Part shown: piece after piece, positions 18,832 through 27,795 of the stretch
How the letters are laid out: every line of letters begins with the position of its first letter
Numbering within the stretch: the stretch's first letter is position 1
Assembly: GCA_048882505.1 (NCBI GenBank)
Contig: JBHLRO010000003.1
Span: 82,265 to 146,264 of the forward strand
Source of the DNA: Candidatus Thorarchaeota archaeon
Lineage (GTDB): Archaea; Asgardarchaeota; Heimdallarchaeia; Hodarchaeales; Hodarchaeaceae
Length of the DNA stretch: 64,000 nucleotides
Direction of reading: 5' to 3'
The notes under the pieces: generated by a model
What the model saw: the letters and a program-made list of their open reading frames with translations, nothing else
Told to the model about the DNA's origin: nothing
Database searches by the model: none
Program-made: the position numbers and the translations under genes

Positions 18832-20091
18832 GTGGTTACCATGTCCAAAAAGTCTCTTTTCGTTTTTTTCCTCGTAGTTAGTCTTGCTGGTTTGAATATA
18901 TTTCAGTTTTACTATTTCACAACCTTGCTTCCAGTAACTCCGCAAGAGGACGTACCACTCGATGTTGTAACAATTCTAAATAATAATAAGGCCGATTACA
19001 TCGGGAAAACGGTTACTCTAGATGGATATTATGTCGAAGGAGGATCCAATATATCCCTGCTCATTACTGAGCCAGTTATATTCGAAAATAATTCACTAAC
19101 ACCAAACAATTATCTGATAATAGGTGGTAATGTGCCATCATCACTACAAACACAGATAGGAGCGCAAGTACACCTTAAAGGGCGAATTACTTGGGCCAAT
19201 GAAACCGAAGGCTTGTTGGAAATTACCTATGGATCTCACTCACTTATTAGGGAAGGGGCATTGAATCACTTACAAAACAAGTTCATCGACACTTCCAAAC
19301 TTTATGATATTACCCAGTTTCCCTTCAACCAACGGAAATACGCTGTATTGATTAGTGGTGGGATTAAACCAGAAAAGGCTTACTCCAGGTATTGGAATGA
19401 TATCACTGCTATGTATTTCATTTTGACATGGTTATATGGCTATGATCCGCAGAACATCTATATCGTTTATAAGGACGGAATTCCCGAAAATGGCTTCGCT
19501 CCCGTTCATGGCCCCGCGACTCATACTTACCTGCAGACTGTGTTTACTGAACTTGAGAATAAGATGACCCGATCAGATAATTTATTCATTTACACCACTA
19601 ATCACGGCGGGAGTTCTGGTCTCAGTTTGTGGGGACCGATGGATCCCTACGCTCTTACTCCCAATGAGCTTAATAATATGCTTATGAATATTCAGTATAA
19701 TCAAGAAATCATAGTTATGGAACAGTGCAAATCAGGTGTCTTTATTCCCACTTTAAGTAAATCAGGCAGAGTTATCCTAACTGCTGCAAGTCCAATACAA
19801 TCTTCATACGGCTGCGACACAGAAGGGCCCTGGGATGAATTTGTTTATCATTTCATGAGCGCTGTTGCCGAACTAAAAATAAATGGAGACCCCGGCATTG
19901 TAAATTCGGATTTAAATAACGATGGCAAAGTCTCAATGTATGAAGCCTTCATGTATGCTAGTGAGCAAGACTCCCGTCTCGAAAATCCATATTATGATGA
20001 TGACGGTGACGGTAGCGGATTACCAGCGATTCTATTGAGTTTATTAGATCCGGCTGATGAGGGGGCGTTAGGTCAAAACACCTTTTTGTAA
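18832..20091 (+). CDS. Secreted or membrane-anchored C13 (legumain/GPI8-like) caspase-fold cysteine peptidase
   Basis: An N-terminal signal or TM segment is present. The His-Gly ... Ala/Gln-Cys catalytic dyad context matches legumain: IYTTNHGGSSGL and VMEQCKSGVF (compare EACESGS). Confidence 0.55.
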   Translation: MVTMSKKSLFVFFLVVSLAGLNIFQFYYFTTLLPVTPQEDVPLDVVTILNNNKADYIGKTVTLDGYYVEGGSNISLLITEPVIFENNSLTPNNYLIIGGNVPSSLQTQIGAQVHLKGRITWANETEGLLEITYGSHSLIREGALNHLQNKFIDTSKLYDITQFPFNQRKYAVLISGGIKPEKAYSRYWNDITAMYFILTWLYGYDPQNIYIVYKDGIPENGFAPVHGPATHTYLQTVFTELENKMTRSDNLFIYTTNHGGSSGLSLWGPMDPYALTPNELNNMLMNIQYNQEIIVMEQCKSGVFIPTLSKSGRVILTAASPIQSSYGCDTEGPWDEFVYHFMSAVAELKINGDPGIVNSDLNNDGKVSMYEAFMYASEQDSRLENPYYDDDGDGSGLPAILLSLLDPADEGALGQNTFL

Positions 20092-20263
20092 CCTATAACT
20101 AAATAGTTACAATGTGGGCAATCGGAATTCCAAAACCTGACGACCAATTAGAGAATCGCGAATTGACTCTTGGTAAATACTCACTGTGGGATTCAAGGCC
20201 AAGGGATTTCTCTATGTTGGCCCGAATCCGTTTGACGAGCTAGAGCCAACTCATTATAGGCCC

Positions 20264-21175
20264 CTAGTCTGAACGTTCTGCGGCTTTCTGCAAGTACCGA
20301 GGATGGTAATTTAAGAGATTGTAGAGAAATTTGTCAGAAGATCTTTCCCGTGAGCCTGTGGGGATTATAATATCTTCCAGTTTCTTTACTCGAAATTTTT
20401 TCTTTACAATATTGAAGTAATGCTGTTCCTGAAGAAGAAGCAAGTTACGGATTGATATCATAACCTCATCTACTATTTCCCGCGCTGTTTCATAGAATTC
20501 AGCTTTTGAATCATCCCATCCTCCAGTGCGAAAATAATCATCGAAGTATAGGGGCTTTCCAAAAGAAACGGACACAAACGCTTTGTATTTGGGAACCAGT
20601 CTACCGATTCCTAAAGCTTCAGCCGCCCCGTGGCAATAAAACGGGATAACTGGGACTTTTCCATTTAATTTAAGGATAACACGACCTACACCGGTCCGTC
20701 CTTCTTTCAATAGATTGAAGTAATCATGAAGTGGATGACTAAAGATTCTCTTTCCCTGGGGAGCGATCAAAACCGCCAATCCTTTCCTTAATAGGCGTAC
20801 TGCATAATCTAGTGCGACATTGGAATTTTCACGATATACGGGAAATGCCCCGAGCACTCGGACTAATCCAAAAAACGTGTTCCCATCCATAGCCTTTCCT
20901 GATGCCATGAAACCCAGCCTGGTCCGGTTTCCATACGGTTTAATGATTGCACTTCCCAGCAATAACGCATCAAGATGTGATCGGTGATTTCCACAAAATA
21001 TCACTGGATTACCCTCGGGAAGTTCAGAGGTATTTTCTAATCCACTCACATCGAACTGAAAGAAGTTATGGCAAAATTTCGGAACGACCAGAGCGGCAAA
21101 CCTAAATAAACTCCTCTGGATGAAGTTCCATTCGAGGTGGATTAAATTTGCAGGTAGTTCCATATAGGAAGTCAC
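20264..21175 (-). CDS. Lysophospholipid / 1-acyl-glycerol-3-phosphate acyltransferase family (PlsC-like)
   Basis: The HxxxxD acyltransferase motif is present as FCGNHRSHLDALLL, and the downstream PQGKR block fits the LPLAT family. Confidence 0.7.
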   Translation of the reverse strand: MTSYMELPANLIHLEWNFIQRSLFRFAALVVPKFCHNFFQFDVSGLENTSELPEGNPVIFCGNHRSHLDALLLGSAIIKPYGNRTRLGFMASGKAMDGNTFFGLVRVLGAFPVYRENSNVALDYAVRLLRKGLAVLIAPQGKRIFSHPLHDYFNLLKEGRTGVGRVILKLNGKVPVIPFYCHGAAEALGIGRLVPKYKAFVSVSFGKPLYFDDYFRTGGWDDSKAEFYETAREIVDEVMISIRNLLLLQEQHYFNIVKKKFRVKKLEDIIIPTGSRERSSDKFLYNLLNYHPRYLQKAAERSD

Positions 21176-21278
21176 CAGATCTGTACTTCATACGCTATTA
21201 AAGATTTTTTAGGATATTGACTCGGAATACGAATCGGATAAGCCATTTGTATTACCCAGTCTTTCGAGTTTTAACTTA

Positions 21279-22487
21279 TTAGCTATAAATGATTAATTCC
21301 TCTAAGGTTCGAGGATATTCCGTGACAATTTCTATTCCATCTGTTGTTATTACAATGGTGTCCGAGTGCCTAAAACCTCCTATAGAACGGTCATAAATTC
21401 CTGGTTCAACCGAAAAAACCATTCCAGGTTTTAGAAGTTCATCCATTCCGAGATCGAGAAAAGGGCGCTCATGACCTTCTAATCCGAGAGCATGGCCCGT
21501 GTGATGTTGAACTAAGTTTAACACACCAGAATCTTTAAAAACAGCACGTGTGGCCTTATCTACTTTGGATAAAGGTATCCCAGGCCCAAGTGTTTCAAAA
21601 GCAGCCTTCTGGGCGCGAACCATTATATCAAAGTAATCTTTCTGCTTTTTATTTGGCTCTCCCATAAACATGGTTCTTTCTAATTCCGAAAGATATCCTG
21701 CGACGTTTCCGCCTGCTCCCGTAACCAATGTATCACCTTTATGAAATACGGCATTGCGGGTCATTGCGTGAGGGATTGCTGAATAAGGTCCTATCTGTCC
21801 TCTGTAGCCTGCACCGCAGGGACGCGCGCCATACCCAATCGGCGAATAATCTGAACCAAGAGTTTCCCGCATACGTTTCGATGCTTCGTGAGAGGCGCGA
21901 AACGACACATCAATTTCATTTGCTCCGACCACAGTATAATCTTGTAACAATCGATGAGCCAAATTGCCCCATTTTGCACTTTCACGAATGGAGGCCAATT
22001 CATCTTCGTCTTTAATAATCCGCATGTCAGTAATAACGTCAGAGACGATTTTCACCGGAAATTTCAAAACATCACTGAAAGATGGACCTATATATCCCCA
22101 TTTACCTGGAGCTCCTGCGCCCTCTGCCCCAATGTTACCAGAAATCCTCAATTTGTCCTTCAGAAAAGATGCAAATTTGGTCATTGGGTGTACTGTGTCT
22201 GGATATTCAAAATAGCTTTCAACTTCCTTAACAGAAGGAACCTCCTCCTGGACGTGCTGTTTTTCGAGTTCTGGTACGAAAAAATTAATGGAAGGACTAC
22301 TCGTTACATTGGTACATATCAAAAAGAAAGGACGTTCGGTAGGTATTAAGACAAAGCCAGTCAAATAATAGATTGAGATGGGATTAAGGACTATAAAGTG
22401 CCGTAGTTCGTGTTCTTTGATGATAATCTTAAAAAACTGATCCCGACGTTCACTTAATCGCGATTGAGGAATTTTTATGGGTATCAT
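21279..22487 (-). CDS. M24 family Xaa-Pro aminopeptidase/prolidase
   Basis: Creatinase/prolidase pita-bread motifs are present: HHTGHALGLEGHE and VFSVEPGIY. The 402-aa protein also has the N-terminal creatinase-N-like domain. Confidence 0.8.
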   Translation of the reverse strand: MIPIKIPQSRLSERRDQFFKIIIKEHELRHFIVLNPISIYYLTGFVLIPTERPFFLICTNVTSSPSINFFVPELEKQHVQEEVPSVKEVESYFEYPDTVHPMTKFASFLKDKLRISGNIGAEGAGAPGKWGYIGPSFSDVLKFPVKIVSDVITDMRIIKDEDELASIRESAKWGNLAHRLLQDYTVVGANEIDVSFRASHEASKRMRETLGSDYSPIGYGARPCGAGYRGQIGPYSAIPHAMTRNAVFHKGDTLVTGAGGNVAGYLSELERTMFMGEPNKKQKDYFDIMVRAQKAAFETLGPGIPLSKVDKATRAVFKDSGVLNLVQHHTGHALGLEGHERPFLDLGMDELLKPGMVFSVEPGIYDRSIGGFRHSDTIVITTDGIEIVTEYPRTLEELIIYS

Positions 22488-22528
22488 GGCTAACTATATC
22501 CCTTTTGCTCAAAATATGACAGCTGTCG

Positions 22529-23044
22529 TTATAGGTAAGGTAGAACTACGTTCAAGCTTTGGATCAGGTTTTCTGGGGTCGCGATTGGCCGCACTTTGAC
22601 CGTTAAAAAGACTAGAAACCCGAGGAATAATGTTATTGTCCAACAAATAACCGTTGCAATCATCAATGGTCTGAAATTGATCAAAGTTCGCAAGCGTATT
22701 TCAAAACGTTTTACAGCGAAAGAAATGGTGATGAAAAGACTTAGTGCAATTGTAATTGATCCCATGGTCCAATGGGCAAAGGGAATCCACCGTCCAAGAG
22801 GATCGGCCAAAACTCGGGGGGCCGCTCTTAGTGCATTGGGCAGCATCACTAGCAACCAAACTGTCAAGTGTGCAATTGTCGCCCCATAGACCATCCAATG
22901 ATGCAGCGTGATGTTCAAGCGTCGTGCACCAAAATACCACCCAACGAATAAGCCACAGAAAAGGACAACCTCAACAATGAGCACCAATAAGGCGAGAGTC
23001 GGAATATTATAACCGTTGAGAACTAGATCTTGCACGAGCGTCAT
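22529..23044 (-). CDS. Small polytopic membrane protein (4-5 TM, DUF420-like)
   Basis: The 171-aa protein is hydrophobic throughout, with conserved His residues inside predicted helices. Confidence 0.4.
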   Translation of the reverse strand: MTLVQDLVLNGYNIPTLALLVLIVEVVLFCGLFVGWYFGARRLNITLHHWMVYGATIAHLTVWLLVMLPNALRAAPRVLADPLGRWIPFAHWTMGSITIALSLFITISFAVKRFEIRLRTLINFRPLMIATVICWTITLFLGFLVFLTVKVRPIATPENLIQSLNVVLPYL

Positions 23045-23054
23045 AATTAACCCA

Positions 23055-23789
23055 TTATTTCTCAGTAACTATCTTAGAAATACTTCCTCTTGTTGTAAAT
23101 TGACAAGATTCAATGGTTGCTCTATCCCCTTTATGACTTGTAATTATGGCTGATCCAATCATTCCCCATGGACAGAATCTGACATTTGATTTTTGATAGG
23201 CTTCTGATTTATGTATGTTAGCAAAATAACATTTGTTTGCGGCGATTCGAACGGAAGTCCCTTTTATTCTCACACTGGTATATTGTACAAATCTTTTTTC
23301 TCTGATATAGTCCAGGTAGGCATTCAATTTTTCTTCTAACGTTTTTTCCTCCCCAAGAAAGACATCTGGTAGGTAGGAGGACAAGATATCTGCTATTCGA
23401 CTAAAAACATACGTCTTGATCGCAGTTTCTCCTAAGATGTCGATAAAGACGCTTTCATATCCGAAGATCGCAGCTCTTAGCTGCCAAATCTCCTCTAATG
23501 AGAACATTACGCTCTTTTTCAGTTCACGTGCGCGAGAAATCTTTAGTTTAAAGTCATCCAACCATGATCTTAGGTCAGATACCAATCGTTCGGGGTCAGG
23601 GGCGGCCTTATTGAAAATGCCCGGCAAAAATTCTCGAACATAATAGACCATTTTTGGCAATACATAATCCTCTACAACATTTGGGCCAATTAATTCCATA
23701 CCTACCGCTTCATAGGCGTCTAAAATACCGCCATATAAGAAAACTGCATCCAATCTCCCCTTTTGACCCTCTTTAATAGCATGTGACAT
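23055..23789 (-). CDS. Hypothetical protein with a C-terminal V4R-like (4-vinyl reductase/Bet3-related) Cys motif
   Basis: The C-terminal KCYFANIHKS...RFCPWGMIGSAIITSHKGDRATIESCQFTTRG fits the V4R pattern C..C.f..G.l.G.l....vE..C..G. It abuts the tandem longin-like gene. Confidence 0.4.
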   Translation of the reverse strand: MSHAIKEGQKGRLDAVFLYGGILDAYEAVGMELIGPNVVEDYVLPKMVYYVREFLPGIFNKAAPDPERLVSDLRSWLDDFKLKISRARELKKSVMFSLEEIWQLRAAIFGYESVFIDILGETAIKTYVFSRIADILSSYLPDVFLGEEKTLEEKLNAYLDYIREKRFVQYTSVRIKGTSVRIAANKCYFANIHKSEAYQKSNVRFCPWGMIGSAIITSHKGDRATIESCQFTTRGSISKIVTEK

Positions 23790-23872
23790 TTATCGATCCC
23801 ATAAAAAGAGGTTATACCTTCTTACCCCTTCTAAATGTTAGATGGTTTAAGTTTTTGTTAGGAATTGAAGAT

Positions 23873-24913
23873 CTATCTTGATGAGAATAATTCGATATTG
23901 TAGTTTTCATTATCATTCTGCTTTGAGATCACTATCCTCTCGTTGTGTTCCTTAGAGTGGCAAACTATTTCGAATAATTCGAAATTTCTTGGAGTAAGTA
24001 ATCGAAAGAAACCCTTAACGATATTGATCAGGGCGAGAAAGGTAATTGCAAATTGAACGGGCAACGGTTCTCCAAGTAGTTGCTTGAAATTGCCATCAAA
24101 CTGTAGAATGGCTTGAGTTACTAAGTTGGTTTTGAATTTTTGACCGATTAGTTCATCTAAATTGGAATAGTGGAACATTGCTAACGCAGTCTCCACTACT
24201 TCTTTCTTATTTGTATACAATGATCCTGAAGCAACACTACACCTAGAGCCACTCCTTACCACGGATGTTACATACTCCTTGGATGATATATTGAAATACG
24301 AATAACTTTCGATCCCTAATCGCGACAATGTTGTTGATAACGTGTCGTTCAGAAGAAAAAAGTCCGTAGCGTGTTGTGCTCTAAACAGCGGCCGAGGGCG
24401 GGCGAACTTGGCTATGAGTTCCCTATTATCTGTATCGACAAGGAATGCCAAGGAAATATTTGTCCGCTTTTCAAGGAGTTCTTCAATGTAAGTTGCTTCT
24501 CCCTCACGACCAAAGAAGCGGTCGGTAAATTCGGAAAGTTCCTTTGAAAGAGCCCTTTTCTCTGGGGTATTTAGATCAATTACTACGTTTTCTTCTGGTA
24601 AGTCAGCCGCAGCAATAAGGTCCTGGATTCGTTTTAAACCTCTAAGCGCAAGAGAATCTGGGGTATCACGTTCGAAAACTCCCACGAGGACATTGTCTGT
24701 CTTCGGATAACGTATAAATAGGAAGTGCTCTCTCTCTGTAAAAAAGGACTCTAAGAAATCCGACCGTGCCGTCTTACTGAAGTCAGTCAATGCACTCAAA
24801 AGACCAGAACTGAGAATGACCTCATCACTAACTGTGGTTTGTGATTCTCTTCCGAAATGATATGCTAACATGCCATCTCGCATCAAAAAGATTTCTTTAA
24901 GCATTTTTTTCAA
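23873..24913 (-). CDS. Tandem longin/roadblock-like domain protein
   Basis: The N-terminal IFLMRDGMLAYHFGRE...EHFLFIRYPKTDNVLVGVFERD matches the longin pattern (ilfalvaRGttvLaey...nylfhyi.qdrivylcitdd). A second similar unit is ISLAFLVDTDNRELIAKFARP. Confidence 0.4.
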   Translation of the reverse strand: MKKMLKEIFLMRDGMLAYHFGRESQTTVSDEVILSSGLLSALTDFSKTARSDFLESFFTEREHFLFIRYPKTDNVLVGVFERDTPDSLALRGLKRIQDLIAAADLPEENVVIDLNTPEKRALSKELSEFTDRFFGREGEATYIEELLEKRTNISLAFLVDTDNRELIAKFARPRPLFRAQHATDFFLLNDTLSTTLSRLGIESYSYFNISSKEYVTSVVRSGSRCSVASGSLYTNKKEVVETALAMFHYSNLDELIGQKFKTNLVTQAILQFDGNFKQLLGEPLPVQFAITFLALINIVKGFFRLLTPRNFELFEIVCHSKEHNERIVISKQNDNENYNIELFSSR

Positions 24914-25149
24914 TCCTAATAATGATAGAACCTCTTCCTAGTTATTTCCACCAATTTTAAACTAGATATCCAACTCATATTTTACATATAGGCATGTATA
25001 TTCCCTCCTTCCTCATTTTTATGGCTATGCGTTTTGATTGTATCCCAGTTATATTACCTAATAGCCCCCGTATATTAGTCTAAAGTTCTTTTAATCCCCG
25101 TAATGGTAAACTAGCCTTATTTTCGTACCTTTGTATCTTGTCGTTCAGC

Positions 25150-26613
25150 TTAATCGGCATTAGAGACAGGAATCGAAATAGAATCGGTTATAATAGACAG
25201 TTCCTCGTGAGAAATCCCGACTGACAGTAGAAATTCATGAATTCCTCCCTGAGTATCTATAAAATCTAAAAGCGAGCGAATGAAGATAGAATCCATCTCT
25301 GGAGCAGAAACCAAATAATCTAAAATAATATTTACTTCCTCTGATCCGAGAAGGAGGTGTAAAAGAGCGATAATTATTCCAGTTCGATCCTTCCCGCCGT
25401 AGCAATGAATAATCAAGGGATAATTTTCCGGATTCGCCAGTATAGCAAATAAATCCCTAATTTGGCCCTTTCGGTTTTCCAAAACCCAAATATAGAGATC
25501 CTCGAGGGCAATATCAACCCCTGATTCAAGGTTAGGCCCATCTTCGTCCAAACCAACTCCAGGAATGAGGGGGATTTGGTAGTATCGTACCTTCGATATG
25601 AAATCCTTAGAATATGGACGCTTTTGAATTTCAAGATTTGTCTGAAGATTGATTATCGTCTTTATTCCAATTTTATCTATCCATTCAATGAAATATGGAT
25701 CGTCGATATAGTTATGTAACGTTGCAGAGCGAAAAATCATATTTTTGCGAATTTTGGTAGGATTAAAACGAGCCAAATCGCGAAGATTCCAAAAGTAATC
25801 TCTTCGATATATTTTATCACAAAAAGACTTGATTTTATCTACACTTAACCTTAGGTCGAGCCTCCCTTCAGCCTCAATTAGAATCCTGTCAAATACATGC
25901 TTCAACCTTAATTTTGCTTCATTCATATCTTTGAGACGGATGCTACCTCCCAAATACCTGAATAGTATTTGTTCATCTCTTGAAAGGTAGCTGGTTGCGA
26001 AAAAATCAGGAGGACGTGTGAATTCAGTTTTTTCATCATTTCGCAGAGTAGAAATAAGTTCTACGAGCCCTTGAAGAGCCAAACCATAGTAATAATAGGC
26101 TTGGTACCCATCGCTGATCCTGTGGGCATTGGAAAAGGCCTCGAATGCAAAAAGGAAATCCTGTACTTTATCGTATATCATATCTTCCTCTGATTCTAAT
26201 CCAGGCCTCCATTCCATCAAGATGTCGGTCAAACTGCCATCCTGATCATACAGGATATATGTACTCGATGTTATAGATTCCTCAAAGCTTTTAAGATCAG
26301 TAGTATATTTTAATTCTAGTTTTAAATACTCTTCCCCAAGGTAGAGAACAACACGTAATGGATTCTTGTATTCCAGTTGAAATGTTATGTGAGGATTGAT
26401 TTTATCAAGAATAGCAGAATTAATGTCTGGAATATTTGCCGAATCCTTTGTGATAAGGATCAGCCCCGTAGAAAGCCCCATGTTTACACCAACATAGTCA
26501 GGAGCCTTTGTTAATGCCAAACCTGAGATTTGGGGATCCTTCTTGGCACTGTAAACAAGAATTTCCAAAACTGGATTTAATATGGTTGAGGGATAAAGCT
26601 TGTGATCCAACAT
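25150..26613 (-). CDS. Two-domain protein: unknown N-terminal domain (~300 aa) plus C-terminal Y_phosphatase3-type protein tyrosine/dual-specificity phosphatase
   Basis: The CX5R P-loop is present as HCYGGKDRTGIIIALLHL. The upstream FRSATLHNYIDDPYFIEWIDKIGIKTIINLQTNLE is typical of the Tyr_Phosphatase_3 family. Confidence 0.6.
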   Translation of the reverse strand: MLDHKLYPSTILNPVLEILVYSAKKDPQISGLALTKAPDYVGVNMGLSTGLILITKDSANIPDINSAILDKINPHITFQLEYKNPLRVVLYLGEEYLKLELKYTTDLKSFEESITSSTYILYDQDGSLTDILMEWRPGLESEEDMIYDKVQDFLFAFEAFSNAHRISDGYQAYYYYGLALQGLVELISTLRNDEKTEFTRPPDFFATSYLSRDEQILFRYLGGSIRLKDMNEAKLRLKHVFDRILIEAEGRLDLRLSVDKIKSFCDKIYRRDYFWNLRDLARFNPTKIRKNMIFRSATLHNYIDDPYFIEWIDKIGIKTIINLQTNLEIQKRPYSKDFISKVRYYQIPLIPGVGLDEDGPNLESGVDIALEDLYIWVLENRKGQIRDLFAILANPENYPLIIHCYGGKDRTGIIIALLHLLLGSEEVNIILDYLVSAPEMDSIFIRSLLDFIDTQGGIHEFLLSVGISHEELSIITDSISIPVSNAD

Positions 26614-26667
26614 TGTTCCTAACCTCTAAAATGATACACCTAAAACGATCCACGGTTTAAGAGCATT

Positions 26668-27795
26668 CTATTCTCCTGGAAAGTTACCTAATGCAGTTTC
26701 GTTTGCTGCACGAGCAACAAACGGGATAATCGTACCCAATGCTCCAAAACGTTGATCTTGGGTTTGTTTATTAACGAAACGTATATAGATCTGAGCAATA
26801 ATCACAGTAAGACGAAACAGACCGAGTGTATGGTAAAATTGGACATTGCTTACAGCTATCCCGCTTTTCGCTTCATACCTTTCGATTAACTCTTGACGAG
26901 ATGGCCACCCGATACTTTCGTGGGTCGGCATCGTTGATAAGACCTGAAGGTAAGGAGGATCAGTGGGATCAGTCCAATAGGTAAGTAGCGCACCTAGATC
27001 GGACAAAGGGTCCCCAAGAGTGCACATATCCCAATCAAAAATTGCAACTATCTGTCCAGAGCTATCAACCATGACATTGTCAAGTTTAAAATCATTGTGG
27101 ACAAGGGAAAAATGCTCAGTCTTCGGGATGTTCTTCCTTAACCAATTATAAACTTGATCAACATCTTCATTGTCTTCGGTTTTCGCCCTATGCCATCTTC
27201 GATACCATCCTTCCACTTGGCGCTTGATAAAGCCCTCAGGCCGCCCTAACTCCGATAATCCCAAACGTTCGTAGTCTACGTTATGGAATTCGACCAAACG
27301 ATCAACTAATTGATTGCTGATCTCGGTAGCAAGTTTTGGTGAAGGAGTTAATCCTTTGGGAAACGATCTACGGATAACAAAGCCCTTTTTCCGCTCCATT
27401 ATAAAAAACGGGGCACCTATGATTGACAGATCTTCACAAAACATGTAGGCCTTAGGAGCATAAGGAAATGCCTTATGTAGCACAGAAAGCACTGTATATT
27501 CCCGATTCATATCGTGCGCCGATTTCGCTACTGGGCCGAGGGGAGGACGACGTAGAACATATTCCTTACCTTCAAAGTCAAGGAGATATGTCAAATTTGC
27601 TGCCCCACCCCAAAACTGTCTTACCGTTAAAGATGATTTCGTACCAGGGAGTTTATCAATGAGGTAACGAGCAAGAGATTTTGTATCAAAGGTTTCGTCA
27701 TCACGGACAGAAATAGTATCATTTTCCGTTCGCTCATCGGGAATCACGTTAAATATACCACCGATTTGGCTGAACGAGGTCGGGCTAGCAATCAA
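26668..27795 (-). CDS. Aminoglycoside-phosphotransferase-like (APH) kinase-fold protein, ACAD10/11 N-terminal-domain-like
   Basis: The Brenner catalytic motif is VHNDFKLDNVMV and the DFG-like motif is IFDWDMCTLGDP. The gene overlaps the downstream acyl-CoA dehydrogenase by 4 nt. Confidence 0.75.
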   Translation of the reverse strand: MIASPTSFSQIGGIFNVIPDERTENDTISVRDDETFDTKSLARYLIDKLPGTKSSLTVRQFWGGAANLTYLLDFEGKEYVLRRPPLGPVAKSAHDMNREYTVLSVLHKAFPYAPKAYMFCEDLSIIGAPFFIMERKKGFVIRRSFPKGLTPSPKLATEISNQLVDRLVEFHNVDYERLGLSELGRPEGFIKRQVEGWYRRWHRAKTEDNEDVDQVYNWLRKNIPKTEHFSLVHNDFKLDNVMVDSSGQIVAIFDWDMCTLGDPLSDLGALLTYWTDPTDPPYLQVLSTMPTHESIGWPSRQELIERYEAKSGIAVSNVQFYHTLGLFRLTVIIAQIYIRFVNKQTQDQRFGALGTIIPFVARAANETALGNFPGE

